Positions 13,023 through 26,149 are shown, counted from the first letter of the stretch. The stretch is DNA of 43,791 nucleotides from Octopus bimaculoides (GCF_001194135.2 NC_068986.1:98432402-98476192); one strand, 5' to 3'. Translations and numbers: made by a program. The notes: generated from the letters alone by a model not told the origin.

Positions 13023-13151
13023 GTGGGCTTCTTTCAGTTTCCGTCTACCAAATCCACTCACAAGGCTTTGGTCGGCCCGAGGCTACAGTAGAAGACACTT
13101 GCCCAAGGTGCCGCNNNNNNNNNNTACTTACCACACAGCCACTCCTGCGCC
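12751..13151 (-). mobile_element. Full-length composite SINE with internal (CA)/(TA) microsatellite
   Basis: Reverse complement of 39147-39660 across head, ccttgggcaag domain, microsatellite and tail (tactctttt)2; 10-N gap at 13115-13124. Confidence 0.93.
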
Positions 13152-14314
13152 TATATACACTCCTCCATTGCCTTTTATTTCTGAAGATGGACTAATCTTC
13201 AAAACGCATTTCAATCGTTAAAATAAAGTATTTATCGTATTTTGTGCTTCCTGTGTTTTTTGTCTCAGTGGTTTTGCACGTGTGTGAATGTGTTTGTGTG
13301 TGTGTATGTGTGAGCGTGCAGGTGTGTGTGTGTTCCCATATGTGTGCATATGTGAAGTAACTATGCTTTCGGCGAGTCTATTAAAAATTACAAGTGTTCT
13401 TTTGTTTTCCATTATTTAAATATTTTTTTCTGTTATTCTCAGCTTTATATATTTACTGGAATTTTTCATAATATTCCTTCATAGTTCCGTAAACTTTTCG
13501 CCTCGTTCGTAACATCAAATCTCTTAAATTCATTATGAGTGTTTCTAGGGCTTCGCAGTCTTATCACTTGCATGAAAAGATGTTGGCAGACGCTGCTACT
13601 TTTTTCTAATAGGTTGTGTCGGTATGTATGTTGTAAACGTTAACTTCAGTACTTGAACAATTTACGATCAGATTTATACAACGTCTGTGAGATATGAATA
13701 GCTTATACATGACAATTGTTTTCTGTATTAGGACTATTTTCCTTATCTTTTATCAACTGTTATTTTACACAAACAAGTCATTTACTTACATCTAAAAATT
13801 GATTGTCTACGTTAATTCAAATGGACAGCGTTGAAATTCTTACTTAGAAAAACAGTTTTATCTGCCACAGCATACCACGACTAAACAAAGAAATCCATAC
13901 AATGAAAGGAATGTTAATAAGAAATCGGTTCAATAAAATGCTGTTATCAATAGTTCAAACTGTGGAATTAGAGTGAGGTGCACACGAGGCAGTACTAGCA
14001 TTGAAATCTGAACCTACTTCATAGTTTAATTGAAATACATAAAATTTGGTATGATTGTGTTAGTAGCGTGAAATAACTACCAGGAACTAATTAGAGAACA
14101 GGAAGAAAGCTTCAAAGAGTGCTAATGTATATATGAATGTATATATCTTTCACATAGATATTGTCGACACAGTAGTAATTAATTTTAATTATTTATTAAG
14201 AACTTGCAGGAGAAGTATCTCGTTTTTAAATGAGTTCAGATATGTACTGTGATGCACACGCGAATCTACTGTTTCTCACTCTCTCACTATCTACCTATCT
14301 GTCTATCTATCTAA

Positions 14315-14319
14315 ATGTA

Positions 14320-14369
<50 letters not shown>

Positions 14370-14458
14370 NNNNNNNNNNNNNNNNNNNNNNNNNNNNNNN
14401 NNNNNNNNNNNNNNNNNNNNNNNNNNNNNNNNNNNNNNNNNNNNNNNNNNNNNNNNNN

Positions 14459-14500
<42 letters not shown>
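14315..14500. repeat. (TA)n / N-gap (14370-14458) / (TG)n
   Basis: Directly visible. Confidence 0.95.
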
Positions 14501-14501
<1 letters not shown>

Positions 14502-15349
14502 GGATTGAACAAAATAATGGAAAAATCTTATTTAATGTAATATATTATTAAATACAGAGTTGATCCACATTTTTCAGCAAACACACTTTCAATACATCGA
14601 GAGTAGATTTTGCTGGTACTCAACAGCTGTTAGAGGAATATTGAGCTGTTACTCAAATAAAACTTGCTTTTGCTTTTTCAGCGGCGACGGGGAAAGGAGG
14701 TCGATCCCCAATACACATTCCAAATTCTACCTTAAACGTTTGATTATATTCTGATAAAGTAGTTGGGGTAGGGGTGAGGGCTATCCAGCTGGTCTACTTT
14801 TGCGCTCTTTGTATCAATGTTCAGTAACATTAGTGCGAACTGGTACATTATTATTAGTGGGAGTCATTATGGAACAATATTTGTATTCTAAGATGGATAT
14901 GATCTGCCGAAATACTCAGAAATGCTTCGAGTTAAGCTTCTATGTTCACCAGCTAAAGGGCTTAGAGAACTACGTGATATGACAGTAAATATCATCACGG
15001 AGCCACATCCATTTTTCATGGTGGTGCATTCAGGATTACAGATTACTACGGGATGTCTCCAGAATTAAACTCACCTCTACATGGGGAAAAAAGGTGAATG
15101 AATATTTATCAGAGATGACATTGTTCCAAGAGCCCTTGAGAACTTCTGATATTCGAGACACTATTTTCCAGTTTTACAATGTTGATGGGGGACAGTAATC
15201 TAGGATTTGCTGCTTTCCCATTGCAAACCTCTAGCCGTGAGGAGCTCACAGCGAAGGTTCTTGGCTGAGGCAGGGTTAGCATAGCGGTGGACTAATTTTG
15301 CTACCGCTTTAGCTACCATGGTTCAATGGTTTTTAAATACAATGCAGAC

Positions 15350-15450
15350 AGAGAGACAGACAGACGGACAGACATACAGACAGACAGACAGATAGACAGG
15401 CAGACAAGCAGACGGACATTCAGACAGACAGACAGACAGATAGACAGACA
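15350..15450. repeat. (GACA)n microsatellite
   Basis: Directly visible. Confidence 0.95.
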
Positions 15451-16259
15451 GATACCATAGTGTGCAGCTGCAATTGTAGGCATTCAGACTGGGTGAGGGA
15501 CATATTACAGTACACAACTGCTGGAAACAATGCGGGCAAAAGAAGAAAGTAGAAATTTTGTATCTGTGGTGTATCTACGTACATACAAACCATTGATAGA
15601 ATCCAAATACAAGATTCCAAACCAAATGAATGCAGCATCGATACATAGGCATACAAATGCATGTACAACACACATACAGTGGAAGATGCATAGCGCGCGA
15701 TTACACACACACACACACATATATACATGCATACACACACGCACACGCAAACACACACAAGCACACGCACACACAGTTTCAGGAGTACATACGTAGGTGC
15801 ATACACGTTTTGAAGGGAAAAGATTCAGATAAAAGAAAGTTTGAATGAATGTACACTTTTTAGCACTCCCTCAGATAGAAAACAAACACTTCATACTCAC
15901 ATACATATATTCCGTGAAAGACGCTGATATTGATAGACAATAAAATAATAATGAAAGAACCACAAGATGGCAATCGTCAACGTGCAACGAATCACGGAAT
16001 TATGGCGGTCTTTGTTTTAGATTTAAAGGAATTCAGATGAAATAAATCACATTTTGTATTGTAGCAAACAAAGACATCTGAAGCACTGACATTGAATGTA
16101 AAGACTATTACAACTGTATGAGATATAGAGCAAGTGCCGTTCACGTACAGCTGCAAGCATATTCCCCTGTTAACACCATATTCTAAAGGAAATTGTTGCA
16201 ACAGAGCACCCGTAGAAGTGAAATGGGCCTTCATATCAGCTGGACAAACATCAGATAGA

Positions 16260-16350
16260 CGATACAAAGAAAACAAGGATGGGTCATTCGGAGTTTTCTT
16301 TCCTCAGTCGAATTCCAGATTATCTTTGCAATTCCGGCTGGTTATGGGTG
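16260..16350. repeat. Interspersed repeat shared with 35305-35395
   Basis: ggtcattcggagttttctttcctcagtc is identical in both places, with similar flanks (attatctttg.aatt.cggctggtt). Confidence 0.85.
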
Positions 16351-16573
16351 TACATAAATTGAGGCTATTTTGTTAGGTCTGCTTAACATGCATACTCAGC
16401 AATATTAAGCGTATATCAGACTTGGTGCAAAAGTGCCGAGTACAGGATATTCCTGTAGTGTATGCAGATAATAAGACCCAGCTGAGTGAAGGAATCCGCT
16501 ATTAACTATTCAGTCATATATTTTATATAAAAATATTTACTAAGTGTAAATTCCAGCAGAGGAGGATAAAATA

Positions 16574-16668
16574 TGAGTAACAAAGAGGTAACAAATTCAT
16601 TACGGCCGTTAGAAAGAGTCGTTAGAAACAGCCGTAATGAATTGACACCCGTACCTCTTTGTTACTCA
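16574..16668. mobile_element. 95-bp palindromic MITE-like / collapsed DNA-transposon ends
   Basis: Perfect 17-bp outer IR (tgagtaacaaagaggta 16574-16590 / 16652-16668) and perfect 13-bp inner IR (aattcattacggc 16594-16606 / 16631-16643); abuts (TA)n. Confidence 0.7.
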
Positions 16669-16701
<33 letters not shown>

Positions 16702-16704
<3 letters not shown>

Positions 16705-17000
16705 TACCCCCAGTATTGCCCAAGCGACCCACCATTAGTTTCAGAAGTCATCCTACCAAATTCAGGATCATAAACTATGAATATACAGCAACACAATTTC
16801 TTTTCTTCAACTGGCCCTTCCCTATTTAACATTGTCCCACAACAGATCAAAGGGAAAAAGAATTCCATCAACTTTAAACGGAATCTGGACAAATTTCTTC
16901 AAGGAATATCAGATAAGCCACCTAAACCTGGATACAACTCACTCAACAAAAACTCCCTACGCGAATGGGCCATGATACCACAAAACTTTACTTAAAAATG
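16702..17000 (+). mobile_element. CR1-clade-like LINE 3' end (5'-truncated)
   Basis: ORF 16777-16995 reads HNFFSSTGPSLFNIVPQQIK...FKRNLDKFLQGISDKP..PGY, matching the G..LFN.LP...FK..LD.FL..IPD.P terminus of CR1-group ORF2. Confidence 0.8.
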
Positions 17001-18392
17001 ATTTAGCTAATCCTTGGTATTCCCTGATGAATTATCCTTTATATTTTGTTTCTCCATATATAGCATTTCCTTTGAAGTGAGGAGCAGTTGTAGTTTACAT
17101 CCTGCAAGTATTCATTTCTTTGTAATTGATTGTGACACAACGTCACTTTCTAGTAGCCATCGAATGTCGATTCGCTTTTAAATAAAGCAGTTAACTTCTT
17201 GCTGACATTGTTTGAGCACATGATGAATGCAATCCTGAAGTTGATGTAGTGAGCATATATAATCCTAGAGTTAAGTAAAATGAAATGTCCAGAAAACTAC
17301 CTTTATTTTTGATTTGCTTCGACTGAGTGTACAGACTGAATCTGCATGCACTACTGGTAATCAAGAATCTGTCATCACGCTACAAGACCTCGCTGACGCC
17401 AATTAAAAATTGTCTACGTTTGGTTTTGAAGAGGAAGCCTACTAGCTCACTGATTTTCGCAACAGTGCGGCAGCCAATGCTCGCTTCAACATCATCTATT
17501 TTACCCTTCTTAATATAGCATAGGTTCTCACTAAATAAAATAGGAATGTTTTACACGCATTATCACCTACCTCAGCTATAAGCAACCTTCGGCTTGCGGG
17601 AATTTCTAAAAATTTGATTCATTTTCCTGTAGTACAGCCCGCTTGATAATGAACCATGCCTCATCGGCTTGCTCTCTGAAAACGTTTACCCATGCCTGTT
17701 CTATATATTGTCCCTTGTAGTGTATGTGTGTGCTCGTTCAAAGCAGATAATTTTTAGATGTATGTATAGGTGAATAATAATACTGGATGGCCGAGTGTTT
17801 TGAATCATGCTGGACTCTCTTGGTGTCGTTAAATGTGGTCATATTTTGGTGTCGATATTTTGTCTTAGTAAGCATATCTAGGTCATTATCGCTAGCTATA
17901 TGGATCTACACTTGGTTGAGCTGCCGTACTTTTTATGTTCTTTCACTGTAATAAACGCTGATTATTTTTTACGAGATATTTTGCCTAAGATATTTCTGTT
18001 TCTCACTCTAGATTATGATTCTATGCCGATATCATTATATATGATTCTGTTGGGTTTTTTTACCGTGTTTATGCGAGTTTCATTGTTTATTGGTATAGAC
18101 TTCTTTTCTTATCAGCGAATTTAAATACCTTTCCTGAAGAATTTATGGCATTTACTTTTCTGTTAGTCGTATTTTGGAGTTCTTGGTTCTTGTTCTAAAA
18201 TCCATTTGATTTTATTACACTAAAATATTTTCTAATGCGTCAACGTTACTGTTCTCTTCTGCTCTGGGTATTTCTGGAATGTTATAATATGTAATAAAAC
18301 GTCTTAGTTTCTCTTGTAATTATTTTCTCTTTCAAATAGCATTCCACTTCGATAAATTTAAAACACAAATAATCATGTATTTTTACTGTCAT

Positions 18393-18500
18393 ATAGCCAT
18401 GTGGTTAAAACGTTCGTTTGATAATCACGTGAATTTGAAGTTCGATTTCACTACAGGTAACCTTTGGCAACTCTCCGATAACCATATAAACGAGTTGGCA
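18393..18500 (+). mobile_element. Degenerate SINE head
   Basis: tagccatgtggttaaaacgttcg...gttcgatttcactac...cctttggcaac. Confidence 0.5.
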
Positions 18501-18968
18501 ATAATTGAGAAGTAAGTATATGCAAATCGTTGTTTTCAACTCTCTCAAACTCGCTCTCTTATCTTAAAACGTATTTCCCTCCCGTAAATTTCGCTAACGT
18601 CTCAACCACAAAGACTGACTTGCGAAGAGAAATACATTATCAGTAAAAGTAAAATGCAACAATATTATAATTTAAATATTTTAGTTGGAGTTTTAAATTA
18701 TGTCAGATTTTGGAGAAATAATATATAGCTTACTGAACACGCTATTATATAAGTCAAAGCTAAATCGAGATATTCAATCAACATCAAGGGAAAAATAACT
18801 ATGTCGACTTCAGAATTCAATTTCGAAAGGAAATTTGCGTAATAAATTATTTTATTAATGGAAGTCCGTCACAACAAGAAATATGAATGTGTAAAAATGC
18901 ACGCATATATATATATATACATATGCTTGTTAGTTTTTGTGTGTGTATGTTTGTATATATATATATAT

Positions 18969-19002
<34 letters not shown>

Positions 19003-19314
19003 TCATGTGTGTGTGAGAGAGAGACAGCGCGTATAAGTTATTAAATTGTTTATTTAATGAGATTATGTAACTATGTACACAAAACATGAACGTAATGAGG
19101 AACACAATGATGGTAGAATCAATATAATATTTATTATTTAATAATTGTATACTCTTTATACGATGCATTGTAAGAATGGTTACAGCGTCGGATAAATGGC
19201 TCGTCAAGGTCGACTTTGTCTTTTATCCTTCCTCTCAGAATTGATGCTCTTGTACCTATATTAGAAATAATTACTAAAAATTATACAGAATTGTACTTGG
19301 AAGATAAAATACTC

Positions 19315-19350
<36 letters not shown>

Positions 19351-19454
19351 NNNNNNNNNNNNNNNNNNNNNNNNNNNNNNNNNNNNNNNNNNNNNNNNNN
19401 NNNNNNNNNNNNNNNNNNNNNNNNNNNNNNNNNNNNNNNNNNNNNNNNNNTATA

Positions 19455-20508
19455 CGAAGGTTGGCTGAAAGTTGATAGGCTAACCAGACTACTATCAGGG
19501 AATGTGACCAGACTGGTTACATAAACTGCGATACTGGTTCCCAGCTAATTTTATCAGGTTGGGGATCAGATAATAGTCAGATGGGGCCAAATCATGAGAA
19601 CAGGGAAGGTGGTGAAACAGTTTAAAGCCACAGTCACGCACAGCAACCATTGAAACGAAGGACGTGTGTGCTGCAGCATTGACCTGATGAAAGAAGAACA
19701 CTTTCGTCAGTTTTTCTGGACATTTGGTTTTGGTGGCCTGTCATAACTGCTTCAGCAGGTTGGCATAGTACTCTCCATTGATGGTGTGACTCTTTTGAAG
19801 ATAATCAATAAACACGATGCGTTTTGCATTCTAGAAAACTGCAGGTGAAACGAACCTGGCCTTCTTTGGATTAGGTGAGGAGGGAAGTTTCCCCTGCACA
19901 GATTGCCTCTTTTTCTTTGGCACAAATTGAGGAATTCAACAGTCATCCTGAAACAATGTCAGATTTTTCCCTTACCGTGATCAGCCTGGTGCGCTTTTAA
20001 TGAGGTGTCAGAAGATGTGGGACCAACTAAACAGAAACCTACGTCATGCCAAGTTCATTGTGCAGAATATTCTGAAGCTCTCTTGCGGGGTATGTTAATA
20101 TCATTGGATATTTGATTTATACTCAATCACCTGTCATCCGTCACCATGTGCTGAACACGATCAATGTTTTCCTCGGTGGTGGCAATTGCAGGGCGTCCAG
20201 ACCTTGGGTCAACTTCGAGACTCTCCCTTCCGCTCCTAATTTCAGATGCCCACTTTTGCACTGCTGATAAGACTAATGTAGCAGTCATATCAGTTTTAAT
20301 GGCCTCAGGGCTAAGTTTTTTTCTTTATTTTGTCCATTGTCAAGAGAAGTCGCTACTAGTTACCTTTCGAATTCTTCTTTATACACTCAGATATCAGTTT
20401 ATCTGAAAAAAAAAATCATGAAAAGTGTTGAAATAACTGCATGCAGGATTTTACAGTTCTAGCGTCACTCATTCATAACCATCCTATGAACTTTTCAGCG
20501 CACTCTCG
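19455..20508 (-). mobile_element. Mariner (DD34D) transposon, decayed, internally deleted near 3' end
   Basis: TIRs TA|cgaaggttggctgaaagttgatagg and cctatgaacttttcagcgcactctcg. Minus-strand motifs: KWASEIRSGRESLEVDPRSGRP..ATTEENIDRV; HQVNAAAHTS...HHLPCSHDLAPSDYYLIPNL (similar to HQDNAPAH...HPPYSPDLAPSDY). Confidence 0.92.
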
Positions 20509-21039
20509 GAGTATTAATAGGTGAAGAAATGTATAGATTGGAGTAGTACAATAAAACGACAGCGACGGGAGAATTATAATCTTCTTTCAGGGAAAGTAAA
20601 CGAAAGAAAATACAAGAGAAGGCATTATGAAATATGTAATTAAGTTTGCTGCTTGTGATGAAGATTTCTGATACCAAAAAGAAAAAAAAATGAAAGAAAA
20701 GATAACATGTTTCATGTGATAATCACTTTGTATTTAAAAAAAAAATCTTTCATGAATATTCATAAATAAATAGAAAGAAATAGATTATTATCTAAACAAG
20801 CACTAGATACAGCTACGACAAATACCTATGAACTCAATCATGAATCTAGTTCAAAGGTTGTAGTGGTTGGCACAGGTAAATTATTTGCAGCAGACGCGAC
20901 GTTCAAATCCCCAGGCGATATTACAAACTTTTCCGTCTATTACACACACACACACATATATACGTGTGTACAGCGTATGAATATACGTACGTACATACAT
21001 ACATACATACATACATACATACATACGAACGTACATATA

Positions 21040-21888
21040 CTGGGTGTTCGGAATAAATTTGACAACATTTTATCTATCCTTTATTTCAGGATGAGTTTGA
21101 TGTATTGATGAACAGTTAACAACGCTGGAGAGCATGAGGATGGAAGTTGTTGCTGAGAAAAAGTCAGCTGAAATGAATCCACCTGTATATTGGAAAAGAC
21201 TTGCCAGTCGTACCGGGTACCAAAATGCCGACATCATTATGACTCTTGCGCAATATTCTGTGAACACCGCAAAGGCTTATGAACAGCCGCAACAGAAAGT
21301 ACGAAGCTATGGCCTGCAGAAAGAGACACAACAGGCGTTCTAACTGCATACACACGTCAGAATTCGACTAACATCTTTGAACGGAATATTACGTTCTATT
21401 CATGCAGGTATGTGAAGCTACTGGATATAGTGGCCAATCTTTGGCTGGAGAGGGTTGATGCTGGAAAGTCACAATTGCGGCAGCAGGATCGGCTCATCAA
21501 CATACCGCCAAAAAATGTCAGAAGTGGTTGTCAGAGAATTTCTACGACTTCTCCACCACCCAATGTTTGACTTCCTAGTTCTTCTAGTTATAATCTCGTG
21601 GATTACTGTGTGTAGGGTGCCGTTGAGAAAGACAACAACGACTCAGCTGGTGGCCAAGATTAGGGAGTTGTTCAAAGATCTTCACAGGGACATTGTGAAG
21701 AACACATGTGCCATGATTCTGGAACCGTCTTCAAGCTGTGGTGGAAGCTGAGGGGAGCTATTTTGAGTAAAGTGCAATCGCCCAGCCATAATCTAATTGG
21801 TACTTTTTAAAATACTTTTATTTTCTGATGGGATATAGTGTCATATCTTCCTTTTATGCAAACTATCAAATTTAGTCGGAACAACTTG
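21040..21888 (+). mobile_element. Tc1/mariner-superfamily element, maT/DD37D-like, internally deleted
   Basis: Left TA|ctgggtgttcggaataaatttga; right tcaaatttagtcggaacaacttg|TA. Frameshifted C-terminal motifs: QQD...KWLSENFYDF...VGAVEKD...QLVAKIRELFKDL.RDIVKNTCA..WNRLQAVVEAEGSYFE*. Confidence 0.85.
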
Positions 21889-21899
21889 TATTTATACAT

Positions 21900-22640
21900 A
21901 TTAATTCTTGGTTCTATGTTTATTTATAATAAAAACAATTTTACATTCATGTAGAGTTACAGTAAATTTTTGTACAGAGCAAATTTATTATTCTTCAGTA
22001 AGAATATTACTGACAGTGACTTCGACGTTTTGGCCAGCTAAGCCATGGACGGACTGCGATGCATTGAAATTAATCTTGTTTTATATATTCACTATTGAGA
22101 TAAAAATCTTCCTTTGGTATGTGGGTTTGAGTGGAATGGTAATTACTTTGTAGGATAGGTTGTAATGAAAAGGTATTTTTGTGAAATTGTTGTTGATTAA
22201 ATTTAGTGTTAGTTTATTGTTTAAAATTGATTTATGCATGCACAGTTTTGTAAGGAGGTGTGTATATTTAAGCGCGTCTGTTTCAAATCATGGGATGGTT
22301 TTTAGTGTGTCACCAAAAGTATGTAGGTAGGTATAGAAAGTTTCTGGATCGTTTGATGTGCCAGTTGTTTCAGTTATTTTTGGTTTTATTAAATTTAATT
22401 CTTTGCTTTAGCAATTTAAATTTCAAAGACTGAAAGTTTAGTCCAGTTTTTAAAATCTAATTGGGTGTGTCAACTTTCTTGTAATAGAATTTTTAAGAGT
22501 TTACAAAAGAACCTAAGTAGATATTATGCTTTAGCTGGTCAATTTTTTTACATGTTATTTAGAGTGTTTCCGCTTTGCTTTTGGAAGCTGGATGTTATAA
22601 GTCGGAAATATCATGGGGTTGTTAATAAAACAAATTTGTT
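21900..22640 (-). mobile_element. Possible Penelope-like element remnant
   Basis: Strong strand asymmetry and a degenerate hammerhead-like end (tggcttagctggccaaaacgtc on the minus strand, about 22021-22055); protein motifs not convincingly recoverable. Confidence 0.3.
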
Positions 22641-22643
22641 TAA

Positions 22644-22877
22644 GGCGGCGAGCTGGCAGAAACGTTAGTACGCCGGGTGGCAATGCTTAGCGGTATTTCG
22701 TCTGCCGTTACGCTCTGAGTTCAAAGTTCGCCGAGGTTGACTTTGCCTTTCATCCCTTCGGGGTCGATTAGATAAGTACCAGTTACGCACCGGGGTCGAT
22801 ATAATCGACTTAATCCGTTTGTCTGTCCTTGTTCGTCCCCTCTGTTTATATCCCCTTGTAGGCAGTAACGAAATAAG
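22644..22877 (+). mobile_element. tRNA-derived SINE, full length
   Basis: ggcggcgagctggcagaaacgttag...gagttcaaa (B box)...gactttgcctttcatcccttcggggtcgat...gaaataag; a second copy lies at 11536-11765. Confidence 0.93.
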
Positions 22878-23076
22878 AAACGCTAGCACGCTGGACAAAA
22901 TGCTTAGCGGTATTTCGTGTCTTTACGTTCTGAGTTCAAATTCCGCAGAGGTCGAATTTGCCTTTGACCCTTTCGGGGTTGATAAATAAAGTACAAGCTG
23001 CATACTGGGTCGATCTAATCGACTGCCCCCCCCTCCCCCAAAATTTTGGGCCTTGTGTCTAGAGTAAAAAAGAATA
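22876..23076 (+). mobile_element. Related SINE subfamily, head-truncated, directly downstream
   Basis: agaaacgctagcacg...gagttcaaattccgcagaggtcgaatttgcctttgaccctttcggggttgat... followed by a different 3' half (ccccc...gggccttgtgtctagagtaaaaaag). Confidence 0.9.
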
Positions 23077-24084
23077 TAGAAATTTGTTTATTTTGTGCTT
23101 TTATGTTCACAAAGGGACGTTGGCAGGTATAAAGATTGTTGGTTGGTATGTTTCTTTTTCTGTATTCGCTGTTCAAGAATCACTTCAAATATGTCGAAAT
23201 TTTTACCTTCGTGCTTCATGGAAGCAGAGTCTTGAATTCTGTTACAACATAGGTATTTTATAATATATTATTTCAAGCTTATGGTTATATGCGAAAGTGA
23301 GGAATTATAAAAAGTGTGTATATATTCATGTATAAATAAAATTAAATTAAAAACTGATTTTAAAATTTTGAATTTTATAAAACATAAAAAATTAAATTTA
23401 AAACAGGAAAGGGCTTTCCATCTAGCTTGCATATAAATAAATATTTATATGAGTGTATTTAGGTTTGGATCCGTAAATTAGGAAATGTCTTGTGGGAAGT
23501 TTGGTTGGAGATCGGAAAACTTTTCGATAACTTTTACAGTACTTTTTTTCTACATGCATGAATTATACACCAATCACTATCTATAAACTCGTAACCTCAT
23601 TCAATCTAAATTATATCAATTCCTTATATCTATCTATTGGTTAATGAATACCATAATTTATCATTTTTCACCTACCTTTATTTCATACTAGTTAAAACAT
23701 GATAAGTCAGTCTAATTTTTACAGCTCTCCCACCACTTCTAAATTCTTCCCTTCAAAATTTCACAACTTTAACCTAGTTTATAACATAAAGTATCTTATA
23801 CTTGTTACCCTCTTGTAATTCTTAACTCTCGATCAATTCAAATTGTTCTTCTGAAATCCAATGTGTACTCGTAAATTCAGTTAAAGAACTTAGTCACATC
23901 ACAAGTTTCAACTGAATACCGCATTTCCCCTAAATTCCACGTGAGCATTTGAGTTATATGCAGCACCTGGCGACCATATTTCAAACCTTATACTCACCAT
24001 TCCTTATCTTAATTTCATACCTGATTTATGTACTAACCTCCTTTCAGTAATCAAGGTGTTTAAACTTCATATACAAATTTTGGT

Positions 24085-24160
24085 AAAGGAGCGTGGCTAA
24101 GTGGTTAGGAGTATTTCCCTATCAATCGTGATGTTGTGCTTTTGACTCCCGGGGCGCATA
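24085..24160 (+). mobile_element. Degenerate SINE head
   Basis: ggagcgtggctaagtggttaggagtattt...gactcccgg. Confidence 0.5.
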
Positions 24161-24609
24161 TATGTACATACACACTTTATTTGTGAATTAAGGCTACCAT
24201 TGGTTTCATGTTAAGAAATGTAGGAAAATATCCTAGTGTCTTAATTTTTCAAGCCAATCACATGCAGAAAGGTGTTCCCATCCATTTTGGAAAACGCAGC
24301 CTCGATATGTGTAAACAGTATATATGTATATGTGTATGTATGTGAGTGTGTGCATGTGTTTGTGTGTGTGCATACATACGCGCAAACACAAACCTACGTA
24401 CATATGCATAAGGCCTTTTCAGATGTTATCTTTCACGCTGCTACTTATTAGTTCGCAAGATCTTCACAGTTCTGGAGTTGGGACGATATGTTTCCCTTGA
24501 TATAACGTTATAAATTTAAAGACGTCCGAAAGTGAATGATAACACCTGAATAAATGACACAATTATGGTCAATTGAGTATTTTTTCTTTACTGCGTGTAA
24601 AATAAAGCG

Positions 24610-24646
<37 letters not shown>

Positions 24647-24660
24647 TATGTGCATGCATG

Positions 24661-25046
24661 TGTTGTTGGCACTCCGTCGCTTACGACGTCGAGGTTTCCA
24701 GTTGATCCGATCGAAGGCACAGCCTGCTCGTGAAATTAACGTGCAAGTGGCTGAGCACTCCACAGACACGTGTACTCTTAACGTAGTTCTCGGAGATATT
24801 CAGCGTGACACAGTGTGGCAAGGCTGACCCTTTGAATTACAGGCACAACAACAGAAACAGGAAGTAAGAGTGAGAGAAAGTTGTGGTGGAAGAGTACAGC
24901 AGGGTTCGCCACCATCCCCTGCCGGAGCCTCGTGGAGCTTTAGGTGTTTTCGCTCAACAAACACTCAAAACGCCCGGTCTGGGAATCGAAACCGCGATCC
25001 TATGACCGCGAGTCCGCTGCCCTAATCACTGGGCCATTGCACCTCC
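24661..25046 (-). mobile_element. Full-length tRNA-derived SINE, third family
   Basis: Minus strand begins ggaggtgcaatggcccagtgattagggcagcggactcgcggtcataggatcgcggtttcgattccc (A/B boxes) and ends ...gagtgccaacaaca next to (CA)n. Confidence 0.92.
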
Positions 25047-25655
25047 ACATGCATGTATGTATGTCTATATAAACAGGTAAATATATGCGATACCAATGTT
25101 TAAATGATAATGTGGATGTAGCACAGACACAGTAGACATATTCGTTAGACTGTACGCAAACGAAATATTCGTACATATATTTTCTTTATAGAACCAAGAC
25201 TAAATGTCATTAAAAACATTAATTAATTGCTGAAGATGCGTACGCTGAGACCGAACACATAATCTCGTGCTTGTGCCACGAATAAATAAACCGCACGTTC
25301 ATCCCATTCCTCAAACAAATACAATAGCGAAATGTAAAATGGTAAAATAATCTTATTTAAATATCTTATTTAAAATTTTGAAATAAGGCAGATTTTACCA
25401 TTTATCATTTACAGTTAATCGAAAATACTTTCATACATGTGTCAAAGCTAATTTAATATGTTCAATTAGAGTTTGTTTGTTTTATTTTTATTGTTTGCTT
25501 TTTTAAGTTGGTCTGTGCTGTGGAAAATTCACTTTCCAAATCGAAATTGACTTCAATAAATCATTTACTTTGAAAAGGGCTGGAACACCGAAATACATTA
25601 AAATCATTCTCTCTTTTTCTATCCCTCCCTTTATTTCACACACACATATATCCTT

Positions 25656-25657
<2 letters not shown>

Positions 25658-25712
<55 letters not shown>

Positions 25713-26107
25713 NNNNNNNNNNNNNNNNNNNNNNNNNNNNNNNNNNNNNNNNNNNNNNNNNNNNNNNNNNNNNNNNNNNNNNNNNNNNNNNNNNNNNNNN
25801 NNNNNNNNNNNNNNNNNNNNNNNNNNNNNNNNNNNNNNNNNNNNNNNNNNNNNNNNNNNNNNNNNNNNNNNNNNNNNNNNNNNNNNNNNNNNNNNNNNNN
25901 NNNNNNNNNNNNNNNNNNNNNNNNNNNNNNNNNNNNNNNNNNNNNNNNNNNNNNNNNNNNNNNNNNNNNNNNNNNNNNNNNNNNNNNNNNNNNNNNNNNN
26001 NNNNNNNNNNNNNNNNNNNNNNNNNNNNNNNNNNNNNNNNNNNNNNNNNNNTATATATATATGTTTATATATATATATATGTTTATATATATATATTATA
26101 TATGTGT

Positions 26108-26145
<38 letters not shown>
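25658..26145. repeat. (CT)n / N-gap (25713-26051) / (TA)(TG)n
   Basis: Directly visible. Confidence 0.95.

Positions 26146-26149
<4 letters not shown>

Noticed and set aside
15992-16276. 94-aa minus-strand ORF with Cys residues
   Set aside because: Begins inside a repeat, no recognisable domain, no clear splice context.
22644-25046. tRNA-like A/B boxes in SINE heads
   Set aside because: No complete cloverleaf; these are SINE heads, not tRNA genes.
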